Below, one piece after another: positions 19,177 to 27,289 of a stretch of 52,453 nucleotides of DNA. Location: positions 1-52,453 of the IMG/VR virus record IMGVR_UViG_3300042546_000489, one strand, 5' to 3'. The notes below the pieces were generated by a model. The model was not told the DNA's origin. It saw only the letters and a program-made list of their open reading frames with translations, and ran no database searches. Origin of the DNA: a virus. Its lineage: Duplodnaviria > Caudoviricetes. Numbering within the stretch: position 1 is the first letter of the stretch; every line of letters begins with the position of its first letter. The position numbers and the translations under genes are program-made.

Positions 19177-19267
19177 CGCGTGCCTCCTCGTAGGGGATAG
19201 GTCACGCATCCAAGCGTCGCAAGTCGGCTCCTGCCTGTAGGGGTTGAAACGATTAGTCGGCCGTCCG

Positions 19268-19285
19268 CGAATCCTGTCCCCGCCA
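19268..19285 (+). other. Candidate attP core matching the 3' end of an initiator tRNA-Met
   Basis: CGAATCCTGTCCCCGCCA resembles T-loop, T-stem and acceptor stem; lies between int and an Xis-like gene. Confidence 0.6.
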
Positions 19286-19287
19286 TT

Positions 19288-19323
19288 GCACGCCCGCCAG
19301 TCCGAGGGGATTGGCGGGCGTGC
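19288..19323 (+). terminator. Hairpin immediately downstream of the attP core
   Basis: GCACGCCCGCCAGTCC / GGATTGGCGGGCGTGC stem. Confidence 0.55.
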
Positions 19324-19356
19324 CTTGCTTCGATCGAAACTACAGGATCGCGAACA

Positions 19357-19575
19357 ATGGTCAAGCAACCGGACTACATTTCGGTTCCGAAGGCTGCAGA
19401 AATCCTCGGATGCTCGGACGTTTGGGTCATTCGGATGATCGAACGCGGCGAGCTCGAAGGCTTCCGGCTCTCTGGCCGCGCGTGGGCGGTGAGCCGCGCG
19501 TCAGTGGCGAAAAACCACGAGGAGTACCTCAAGCGAGACCCCACCCTCTCGGGAAGAAAGCGGTCACGCGCGTGA
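19357..19575 (+). CDS. Excisionase/MerR-like HTH DNA-binding protein
   Basis: ISVPKAAEILGCS...MIERGELEG...AWAV. Confidence 0.8.
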   Translation: MVKQPDYISVPKAAEILGCSDVWVIRMIERGELEGFRLSGRAWAVSRASVAKNHEEYLKRDPTLSGRKRSRA

Positions 19576-19630
19576 CTCAGCGTATTGACTCGACGCGTCA
19601 TCGAGACTACGAATGGAGGTGAACGGGCAG

Positions 19631-19870
19631 ATGGGAGAAAAGGACGTGGTCTACCTGTCGATGGAAACTGCCGCGAAGCGACTCGGCTGCTCGTCGCCGA
19701 CCGTGCGGCGCATCGCGAAGTCGCGCGGCGTCGGAATCCTCGCTGACGGCACCCGCATCGTCGCGGTCGCCGAGCACGAGCTCGCCCTGCTCAAGCCGTT
19801 TATCCACGAGACGAGCGGCAATCCGGTCTGGATCGCCTCCAGGGGCAAGGCGAAGCGGAAGCGGTCCTAG
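19631..19870 (+). CDS. Second excisionase-like HTH protein
   Basis: YLSMETAAKRLGCSSPTVRR; GGAGGTG RBS. Confidence 0.7.
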   Translation: MGEKDVVYLSMETAAKRLGCSSPTVRRIAKSRGVGILADGTRIVAVAEHELALLKPFIHETSGNPVWIASRGKAKRKRS

Positions 19871-20110
19871 GCGTTATAGAGAAGAAAAACGCAGGGCCAA
19901 AAAGGCTTCGCGGCGTCGCGTTTTTCGCGGGGCGGCTCCTAATCCCTTGCGGCGCAAAGGATTGCGGCCCGATAAAACGCCCGCGAAAACGGGTTTTGAC
20001 GCGAAAACTCTGGCGTCTACGGATCAGCATCGACTTTTTGGACGCCGCCCCAATCCGAAAAACCCCTTCTATATAGGGAAAAACGGCCCTCCCACGATTT
20101 TTTCGAAAGC

Positions 20111-20168
20111 CTATTGACGCGAAACGCCGATAGGTTATAATGCAGGGGTCAACGCGGCGGACACCGCG
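20111..20168 (+). promoter_or_regulatory. Early promoter 1: TTGACG-N16-TATAAT with overlapping inverted repeat and leader hairpin
   Basis: -35 at 20114, -10 at 20136; near-duplicate at 22604. Confidence 0.75.
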
Positions 20169-20191
20169 AGACGCCAAACGGAGGACGAACG

Positions 20192-20440
20192 ATGAAGGCT
20201 TCCAGCAAGTTCGGTCGGGGCGGCTGCTACACGTGCGGCGACTGCTGCCGCCAGACCCGGCAGACCGGGCGCGGTGACAACGAGAACTGCGGGCTGTGCG
20301 TCGAGTGCTTTGAGCGGAGCAGCATTGAGAACCAGATGAGCGACGAGGGCGAGACGCCCGAACTGCTCCGCGAGTGGCAGGGCTACATCGACACCTGCAT
20401 CGCCAAGGGCGGCAAACCCAGCCAGACGAAGTGGTGGTGA
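20192..20440 (+). CDS. Small Cys-rich early protein
   Basis: CYTCGDCC, CGLCVEC; ACGGAGGAC RBS. Confidence 0.7.
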   Translation: MKASSKFGRGGCYTCGDCCRQTRQTGRGDNENCGLCVECFERSSIENQMSDEGETPELLREWQGYIDTCIAKGGKPSQTKWW

Positions 20441-20505
20441 TTGTTCGGATACCCGCACTGCGGACGTTCCGCAGTGCGGGCGGGACTTCAACGGAGGACG
20501 AGACG

Positions 20506-21141
20506 ATGAAGATCACCACGAAGCACCCGGGCTACCCGTCGCACGTAGTGCGGCGAGCCGCCCGCTGGGCGGCGAAGCAGATCGGGCTCGACGGCAAGGT
20601 TCTGCGGACGCTGAACGTCGAGGTCGGCTACCGCAAGTCGGCACAGTGGAAGAACGGCGATACGTGGGGCGGCTGGTACAAGCATGGCGAGCGGCTCGTG
20701 CAAGTGCTGCTCGGTCGCAACATTCGGTACCCGACGCCAGCAGGCCACAACCGCAGCGAGGCGGATCGGTTTGCCAACGACGAGTGGGAAGTGTTCGTCA
20801 TGATGCTCGCCCACGAACTTGAACACGCACGCTGCTATGCGGTCTCGCGAACATGGGACGAACGAGCAAGGCTCAACTCCGAACCGCGCGTGCGTGCGAT
20901 CCACTGGCGAACCCTGCTCGCCTTCCGCGAAGCCCGCGAGACGCTGCTTGCTGAGTGGCTCCGCGAGCCGTCCAAGCGGCCGGTGAAGCCGAAGCCGAGC
21001 GTCGTGGATCGCCGGGCCGAGCGGGCTGCAATGCTCCTCGCCCAATGGGAGCGGAAGCTCAAGATGGCGAAGACGAAGGTGAGCAAGTACCGCCGCAAGG
21101 TCAACTACTACGGTGCCGCCGCCGCCCGGCGGCAGGGATAA
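20506..21141 (+). CDS. HExxH metallopeptidase-like early protein with basic C-terminal coiled coil
   Basis: LAHELEHA...SE; ACGGAGGAC RBS. Confidence 0.7.
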   Translation: MKITTKHPGYPSHVVRRAARWAAKQIGLDGKVLRTLNVEVGYRKSAQWKNGDTWGGWYKHGERLVQVLLGRNIRYPTPAGHNRSEADRFANDEWEVFVMMLAHELEHARCYAVSRTWDERARLNSEPRVRAIHWRTLLAFREARETLLAEWLREPSKRPVKPKPSVVDRRAERAAMLLAQWERKLKMAKTKVSKYRRKVNYYGAAAARRQG

Positions 21142-21175
21142 TTGTTCGGGACTGCTAACAACGGAGGACGATGCG

Positions 21176-21436
21176 ATGACGAAGCGAATCGAGCAATGGC
21201 TAGAGCAGCACGGGTTCAAAAACGGAGATTGGCACTGGGACTTCAACAATCTCCGAGTCGCTGCAATCGGCCACGAGTTCCTCATCATGATGTTCTGGGG
21301 GCGAGCAGGCGAGACGCCGCTGGCATGGTCGGCTGCGTTCCCCTGCCCCGACGGCAAGTTGTCCGCACCGGAAGACGTGGTGCTGGAGACGATCAAGCAG
21401 GCGTTCAAGCACGCTGACGTATCGGAGGTGCGGTAA
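21176..21436 (+). CDS. Hypothetical early protein
   Basis: ACGGAGGAC RBS; TAATG overlap with the next gene. Confidence 0.65.
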   Translation: MTKRIEQWLEQHGFKNGDWHWDFNNLRVAAIGHEFLIMMFWGRAGETPLAWSAAFPCPDGKLSAPEDVVLETIKQAFKHADVSEVR

Positions 21437-21903
21437 TGCAAACCTTCCTGCCCTACCCCAACATCTGGGCCTCGGCCCGGTGCCTCGACAATCGGCGACT
21501 CGGCAAGCAGCGGGTCGAGTGCAAGCAGATTTTGCTCACGCTCGGAGTCGACGTTGGCGAGCATCGCGGCAACCCGGCATCGCGGTGGCGGAACCATCCC
21601 GCTGTCCGTATGTGGCGAGGCCACGAGCTTGCCCTGGCCGAGTACGCCGAGATCATGTGTGCGGCGTGGCGGAATCGCGGATTCAAAGACACGCTGCGGG
21701 AGCAGTTCCGTGCTGTGTGCGACCGACTGCTGTCAAGCAGCCGGTGGCACTCCTCGCCCAACTGGCTCGGCTACGACCGGCTGCACGCCTCGCACCGGAG
21801 CAACCTGCTCCGCAAGGACGCCCGACACTACGGTCAGTTCGAATGGCAGGAGCCAGCCGACCTTCCGTACTGGTGGCCTGTGGACAAGGAGGTGGCGGCA
21901 TGA
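21436..21903 (+). CDS. Pyrimidine-dimer DNA glycosylase family protein (MSMEG_6728-like)
   Basis: MQTFLPY...LDNRRLGKQRVE...HPAVRMWRG...HASHRSNLLRKD. Confidence 0.85.
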   Translation: MQTFLPYPNIWASARCLDNRRLGKQRVECKQILLTLGVDVGEHRGNPASRWRNHPAVRMWRGHELALAEYAEIMCAAWRNRGFKDTLREQFRAVCDRLLSSSRWHSSPNWLGYDRLHASHRSNLLRKDARHYGQFEWQEPADLPYWWPVDKEVAA

Positions 21904-22049
21904 GCAAGCCGAGCGACCTGGAGATGCGGATGATGATGCTCGGTGCCGCGCTCGCGCGGTGGAACCCCGAGGCGGCAAAGATTGTGGCTGACGCTATGGT
22001 CGAATTGGAAAAGACCCGCAAGGCGAAGGCAAGAAGGAGAAAGAAATGA
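21900..22049 (+). CDS. Hypothetical protein
   Basis: AGGAGG RBS, ATGA overlaps. Confidence 0.55.
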   Translation: MSKPSDLEMRMMMLGAALARWNPEAAKIVADAMVELEKTRKAKARRRKK

Positions 22050-22333
22050 AACGGCAGGCGTTCTTCTACAAACGGCAGACGAAGTTCGTTCGACGGCCTG
22101 CAGAGATCGAGATGCGGCGTCACGAAGACGTAGTCGGCATCGGAGTCTGGCCCGCACGTGACGCGACCGATCCGCACGAGCGGCTTCCGGCTCTGATATT
22201 CCTCACGCCGCAGGAAGCGATGGCTGTGGCGTCGTGGCTGTCGGAAAGCGCCGAGCACTTGATGGCGAAGGCGGCGCGTGCTGCGGCACGCAAGGCGGCG
22301 AAGCTCGCGGCGAAGCGGGAGGCGCAGTCATGA
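22046..22333 (+). CDS. Hypothetical protein
   Basis: AAGGAG RBS, ATGA overlaps. Confidence 0.6.
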   Translation: MKRQAFFYKRQTKFVRRPAEIEMRRHEDVVGIGVWPARDATDPHERLPALIFLTPQEAMAVASWLSESAEHLMAKAARAAARKAAKLAAKREAQS

Positions 22334-22557
22334 TCCGCGACCTCGTCCGCACCGCATGCGTCGTGCTCGTCATGGTCGTCGCTGCGGCGCTCGTGGTCGA
22401 AGTCCGCGAACGGCTCGCTGTGCTCGACATGGCGGTGCGGATGCAGCCGGTCACGTACGGCTACGCCCCGCAGCCAGCACCGGAGCCTCGCCCGCTAGCC
22501 CGGTTCGGGCGGGCCACGCTCGATTTGGCCGACGCGGCCCTGGGGGTGATCCGGTGA
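22330..22557 (+). CDS. Small membrane protein
   Basis: N-terminal hydrophobic helix; GGGAGG RBS. Confidence 0.6.
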   Translation: MIRDLVRTACVVLVMVVAAALVVEVRERLAVLDMAVRMQPVTYGYAPQPAPEPRPLARFGRATLDLADAALGVIR

Positions 22558-22603
22558 ACCCCTGAAACACGGGGCAAAACGAGGCAAAAAATATTTTGGA
22601 AAG

Positions 22604-22661
22604 CCTATTGACGGCGAAAGCCGATAGGGTATGATGAGGGAGTTCGCGGCGGACACCGCGA
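22604..22661 (+). promoter_or_regulatory. Early promoter 2: TTGACG-N16-TATGAT with the same inverted repeat and leader hairpin
   Basis: -35 at 22608, -10 at 22630; duplicate of the 20111 element. Confidence 0.75.
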
Positions 22662-22686
22662 CAGACGACGAAACGGAGACACGACG

Positions 22687-22890
22687 ATGACCCCAGCCAG
22701 CAAGATGGACTTCAAGAAGATCAAGGACGCGATTAACTACCTCGGCCGCGACGACATGCGGACGCGGCTCACGACGAAGGTCGGAGACAATCCAGCCAGC
22801 GTGGATGCCACACTCGCGTTGATCGAGAGCCTGTGTGCCGTGATCCGGCAGCAGGAAGGACTTGTGGTCGAGGAGATCACGGTCGGCTGA
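22687..22890 (+). CDS. Hypothetical early protein
   Basis: First ORF after promoter 2; ACGGAGA RBS. Confidence 0.6.
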   Translation: MTPASKMDFKKIKDAINYLGRDDMRTRLTTKVGDNPASVDATLALIESLCAVIRQQEGLVVEEITVG

Positions 22891-22976
22891 TTGTTCGGAT
22901 ACGTAATCGGCCCGGCCTCGTCGGCCGTGCCGCTGGACTGATTGTTTAGGTTCGGTAACTAACGGAGGACTCTGAC

Positions 22977-23858
22977 ATGACGACGATGATTGCGAACAAC
23001 GTGGCGGATCGCGTGCGTTCTGCGTTCGGTTTCAGCGTGGACAAGTTCCCGCTCTCGGGACCGGATGGTATGCGGACGCCGTTCTACGGGCTCTTCAAGA
23101 GCGACGACGGCGCGGCGGTCGGATACGGATCGGTCAGCGATCGATACGAGCCGCACACGACCGACGATGTGCTGGCCCTCGTCGAGGCTGCTGGGCATGC
23201 GTTCGATGGCGTGGCCGACGTGAAGTGTCATTTCGACCACGGTCACTACGTCTCGATTCAGCCGAGCAAGGAGCAGCGGCTCGCGGTGTACGGCACAGCC
23301 GACAACGTGTTTCCGCGCATCGTGATCGACGCGGGCTACGGTGGGCAGGCGTTCCGGGCCTCGCTCGGTCTGTACCGCGACCTGTGCCGCAACATGATGA
23401 TCCTGCGGCAGGCCGAGGGCACGACCGTGTCGATCCGGCACACGTCGAGCCTGAGACTCCAGATGGACGAGCTCGTCACGACGTTCGCTTCGCTGGAGCA
23501 GACGTGGGGCAACCTGCAGACGGTCGTGCAGCAGATGGCGAACCGCGAGGTTCGCATGGTCGAGTTCCTCAATGCCGTCTACGGAGAGCCGAAGAGCGAC
23601 GAGGGGCGGTCGGTGACGATCCACCGCAACCGCACCGAGGCGATATTCCGGCGACTCCAGAGCGAGCGGGTTCGCACCGGTCGCGGCACGATGGGCAACG
23701 ACTTTGTCGTGACCGGCTGGGATGCGTTCAACGCCGTGCAAGGGTTCGTCCAGCACGACGCGACGCGACGCGGACGACCGACCGAAATGGAGCGGATCAT
23801 CAGCGCGCTGCACGACACGAAGGTCGCAGCCGCCGAGCGAATCGCTCTCGCACTCTGA
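22977..23858 (+). CDS. DUF932-family protein
   Basis: VSDRYEPH, LYRDLCRNM, SIRHT, TGWDAFNAV...H. Confidence 0.75.
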   Translation: MTTMIANNVADRVRSAFGFSVDKFPLSGPDGMRTPFYGLFKSDDGAAVGYGSVSDRYEPHTTDDVLALVEAAGHAFDGVADVKCHFDHGHYVSIQPSKEQRLAVYGTADNVFPRIVIDAGYGGQAFRASLGLYRDLCRNMMILRQAEGTTVSIRHTSSLRLQMDELVTTFASLEQTWGNLQTVVQQMANREVRMVEFLNAVYGEPKSDEGRSVTIHRNRTEAIFRRLQSERVRTGRGTMGNDFVVTGWDAFNAVQGFVQHDATRRGRPTEMERIISALHDTKVAAAERIALAL

Positions 23859-23882
23859 CCGTGGCTTAGTCCACCACGGTTC

Positions 23883-23935
23883 GCCCGGCGGGAGCGGGTT
23901 TCCTCCGTTCTCCCGCCCCGCCGGGCTCTTTCTTT
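23883..23935 (+). terminator. Intrinsic terminator
   Basis: GCCCGGCGGG / CCCGCCGGGC stem followed by TCTTTCTTT. Confidence 0.65.
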
Positions 23936-23964
23936 CAAACGAACGGACGCAGGGAGTGCGAGTC

Positions 23965-24240
23965 ATGTTTCGGGTCTACGTGTTCGTGTCGTCTTACGAC
24001 CAGCAGGTCATCGCGCACATCAGCGAAGTCGAGCCGGTCGAGTGGCAGGGCAAGACGATGTATCGGGATCTCGCCACAGGCCGAGTCGATCCGAACTACG
24101 GGCGTGAGGACGAGCCCGTGTTCGCCACGAGAGAGGAAGCCGTTGCCGAAGCGATCGCAGGGCTCGGGCGTCTCGAAGAGCAGTTCGCGGCGGCCTGCCG
24201 CAGCAAGATCGAAGAGTTGCAGACGGAGGTGGCAGCGTGA
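23965..24240 (+). CDS. Hypothetical protein
   Basis: GGGAG RBS; coupled to the next gene. Confidence 0.6.
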   Translation: MFRVYVFVSSYDQQVIAHISEVEPVEWQGKTMYRDLATGRVDPNYGREDEPVFATREEAVAEAIAGLGRLEEQFAAACRSKIEELQTEVAA

Positions 24241-24521
24241 ACTGGCATGTCAAGACCGGCGAGCGTTCGGTTCTCGGCGTCGGCTCGGCGATCGACATCG
24301 TCGTCGGGCGATTGGAGTACCTCGTCCAACACGGCAGTAGGTGCAACCAAGAGAAGCTGCTCGGCGAGGCGATCGAGTACGCGAGGTTGCTGCGCGGGTG
24401 GATTCGCGAGCACGAGCCGAGGGTAGAGCTCAAGCAGTGGACGTGCGACGGAAGCATCGAGTCGCAGAGTCGGCAGGTGCTTCGCGCTGGTGGCAAGGCT
24501 GGCCCGATGAGCGACGGTTGA
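24237..24521 (+). CDS. Hypothetical protein
   Basis: GGAGG RBS, GTGA overlap. Confidence 0.55.
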   Translation: MNWHVKTGERSVLGVGSAIDIVVGRLEYLVQHGSRCNQEKLLGEAIEYARLLRGWIREHEPRVELKQWTCDGSIESQSRQVLRAGGKAGPMSDG

Positions 24522-24536
24522 AAAAGGAGAAGAGCA

Positions 24537-25949
24537 ATGAGTTGGCACGACTCGTTCGATCGCATGAAGCGGCGTCCGCATCTGCTCGTCGTCTGCCCGC
24601 AAGCCGTTGCACCGGCCTGGGGGCGCGTCGTCGAGGCTGCGACGCGAGGTGAGTTGGCCGCGTGGTCGCATCAGTCGCAGGCTGCGGCGTGGTACGCCGA
24701 GCGGCACGCCGGAATGCTCGCGATGGATATGGGCACCGGCAAGACGTTCGCGGCCCTGCTGGCCCTCGACGCGATGCGGCATCCGCTGGTCTATCTCGAC
24801 CTGTCCCGTGGCACGGGCAAGCAGCGAGCCGAGCGGCTGCAGTCCGCCTTGTCGGTCGCGGGCGGGAAGTGCCTCGTCGTCGTGACGAACTACGAGTCGA
24901 TCTGGCGGTCGGCTCTGGCTCCGACGATCGAGTTGGTCAAGTGGGCGGCGATCGTGCTGGACGAGTCGCATCGGATCAAGGCACCGGGCGGTGCCGCGAG
25001 TCGATATCTCGCGAGGCTCGCTGCGAAGCAGCCGCATGCGAGGAGGCTGTGCCTCACCGGGACGCCGATGCCGCACTGGCCGCTCGACCTGTACGGGCAG
25101 TTTCGGTTCCTCGATCCGCAGGTGTACGGCACTTCGTTCGCGAGGATGCGTGCTCGATTCGCCGAGTGTGACACGAGGTTTCCATCGAAGGTGAAGTATT
25201 GGAAAAACCAAGACGAGTTGACCGCGAAGCTCGACGCGCACTCGTTCCGCGTCACGGCAGACGAGGTGCTCGACCTGCCCGAGGCGATTCATGAGACGTT
25301 GCCGGTGGAGTTGTCGCCGAAGGTTCAGCGGTTCTATCGGTCGCTCGAATCGGAGATGGTCGCGGAGATCGAGTCTGGGACGGTCACGGCGGCGAACGCG
25401 CTCACGAAGCTCCTGCGGATGCAGCAGGCGACCGGCGGATATGCCCGCATCGACGGCAGTGCGGAGGTCGTGCCGATCGACGGCACGCCAGCGAAGCGGA
25501 TGGTGCTGGCCGATCGTCTCGAAGACCTGCCGGTGACCGAGCCGGTAGTCGTGTTCTGCCGGTTTCGCTCCGACCTCGAAGACGTTGCCGCCGTGGCACG
25601 CGAGTTGGGACGCGAGTACGCCGAGGTATCCGGCGAGCGGAAAGACCTCGAACGGTGGCAGCGAGGCGACGCGGTGATTCTCGGCGTGCAGATGCAGTCA
25701 GGAGGCGTTGGCATCGACTGCTCGCGTGCCGCTTACGCCTTCTACTACTCGCTCGGCTTCAGCCTGGGCGACTACGAGCAGAGTCTGGCACGGCTGCGGC
25801 GACCGGGGCAGACGCGATGCGTGCGTTACTACCACCTCGTCTGTGAAGGCACGGTGGACGCGCAGGTGTATGCAGCACTACGGGAGCGTCGGCACGTCGT
25901 CGAGGCAGTGCTGCAACGGTTGACGCCGAGACAGGAGTCGGTGGCATGA
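24537..25949 (+). CDS. SNF2-family (SF2) helicase
   Basis: MGTGKT, TNYE, LDESHRIK, LTGTP, QSGGVGID, QSLARLRRPGQ. Confidence 0.92.
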   Translation: MSWHDSFDRMKRRPHLLVVCPQAVAPAWGRVVEAATRGELAAWSHQSQAAAWYAERHAGMLAMDMGTGKTFAALLALDAMRHPLVYLDLSRGTGKQRAERLQSALSVAGGKCLVVVTNYESIWRSALAPTIELVKWAAIVLDESHRIKAPGGAASRYLARLAAKQPHARRLCLTGTPMPHWPLDLYGQFRFLDPQVYGTSFARMRARFAECDTRFPSKVKYWKNQDELTAKLDAHSFRVTADEVLDLPEAIHETLPVELSPKVQRFYRSLESEMVAEIESGTVTAANALTKLLRMQQATGGYARIDGSAEVVPIDGTPAKRMVLADRLEDLPVTEPVVVFCRFRSDLEDVAAVARELGREYAEVSGERKDLERWQRGDAVILGVQMQSGGVGIDCSRAAYAFYYSLGFSLGDYEQSLARLRRPGQTRCVRYYHLVCEGTVDAQVYAALRERRHVVEAVLQRLTPRQESVA

Positions 25950-26404
25950 GCACTAGATTTGAAGACGAGATCGACGGACAGCACGAACAATCCATGCAGT
26001 TGTCGAAACTGCTGGAGCGCGTGGCCGAGTTGCAGGACGCCAAGGACCGCATCTCGGCGGAACTGGCGAAGGTGAGCAAGGAACTGAAAGGCGTGGAGTC
26101 GCTCGCCGTCGAGCAGTTGTCGCTCTCGGGCCTCGACGGCGTGCGTGCGGCGGGCAAGTCGTGGTTCGTGCGGGAGTTCTTCGCGGTGTCGATTCCGACT
26201 GAGAACAAGGAGCGGGTGCTGGAGATCGCCAGCGAAGCCTGCCCCGAGCTCGTGTCGGTCAACACGGCGAGCTTGAAGAGTTGGTTGCTGGAGGAGCGGC
26301 GCGGACAGGACGGCACCGAAGGCGGGCTGGCCGAGGGCACGCCGTTCGAGGGTTTGATTTCGGAGTTCCGTGAGATGCGGCTGTCGCATCGCACGCTCGG
26401 TTGA
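25946..26404 (+). CDS. Coiled-coil replication/recombination accessory protein
   Basis: Position between helicase and SSB-like gene; VNTASLKSW. Confidence 0.55.
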   Translation: MSTRFEDEIDGQHEQSMQLSKLLERVAELQDAKDRISAELAKVSKELKGVESLAVEQLSLSGLDGVRAAGKSWFVREFFAVSIPTENKERVLEIASEACPELVSVNTASLKSWLLEERRGQDGTEGGLAEGTPFEGLISEFREMRLSHRTLG

Positions 26405-26447
26405 TTGTTCGGGTATCGTTTCTATCCTCAAAGAAAGGAGTGCCACG

Positions 26448-27209
26448 ATGGCACCGACAGGTGAGTTGATTACTGGGACGGACTCCAAGTTCCTCGCGCT
26501 GCGTCCCGACTCGGACGTGCGCGAGGCTCTGATGGCGAACCTGGGACCGGGCGAGACGCTCAACGCGTCGGACCTGCCCCGTGTGCCGACGCCCGCTGGC
26601 GGAGGCAAAGTCTGGAGTTGGATGGACAGCGGCAACAACGAGCAGAGTGCCAAGTCCATCGACGGCGTGCTCGTCTACTACGGCGTGCGTGGCACGCTGT
26701 GGGGATCGGAGGAACCGCAGGGCAAGGTGTCTCCGGTGCTCGTCTCGTATGACCTCATGACTGCGGTCAGGGTCAACGACGACATCGGCGACCTCGACGA
26801 GGATGCGTTGGAGTCGTGTCGCGTTGGCGACCGGCTCTATGACTGGACGAGGCTTCCGTACAACCAGTACGGCACGAGCAAGTCCGGTCGCGGCAAGCGG
26901 TGCAAGGAGAGCAGGCTGCTCGCCGTGCTGCGGCAGGACGAGGCGTGGCCGCTGCTGGTCACGGCTGGGCCGGGGTCGCTGAAGACTGTGACGCCGTTCG
27001 TGAAGCGGCTTCCGGTGCCGCACTTCCGCGCGGTGGTCAGCCTGACGCTCGACCGGGTTGAAAACGCGGGCGGCCAGCCCTACTCGCAGATCGTGCCGAA
27101 GCTCACCGGCACGCTCTCGAAGGAGGAAGGCGAGATCGTGAAGCGGCTCTACACGGTGCCGCTGTCCCGCGTGGCGACTCAGATCGACGTGACGCAGGAA
27201 GCGTCGTAG
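26448..27209 (+). CDS. Putative ssDNA-binding/annealing protein
   Basis: YNQYGT...GKRCKE...PGSLK pattern; AAAGGAG RBS; replication module. Confidence 0.55.
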   Translation: MAPTGELITGTDSKFLALRPDSDVREALMANLGPGETLNASDLPRVPTPAGGGKVWSWMDSGNNEQSAKSIDGVLVYYGVRGTLWGSEEPQGKVSPVLVSYDLMTAVRVNDDIGDLDEDALESCRVGDRLYDWTRLPYNQYGTSKSGRGKRCKESRLLAVLRQDEAWPLLVTAGPGSLKTVTPFVKRLPVPHFRAVVSLTLDRVENAGGQPYSQIVPKLTGTLSKEEGEIVKRLYTVPLSRVATQIDVTQEAS

Positions 27210-27237
27210 TCAGGGATCGGCTCGTCGGTCGCATGTA

Positions 27238-27267
27238 CCCCCCGCCGCGTGGAGACGCGGCGGGGGG
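27238..27267 (+). terminator. 13-bp GC hairpin upstream of the primase gene
   Basis: CCCCCCGCCGCGT-GGAG-ACGCGGCGGGGGG; weak U tract. Confidence 0.45.
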
Positions 27268-27289
27268 GCTCTCATCACACGGAGGAATC

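Noticed and set aside
19200-19290. Complete tRNA gene
   Set aside because: Only the 3' 18 nt look tRNA-like; no D or anticodon arm
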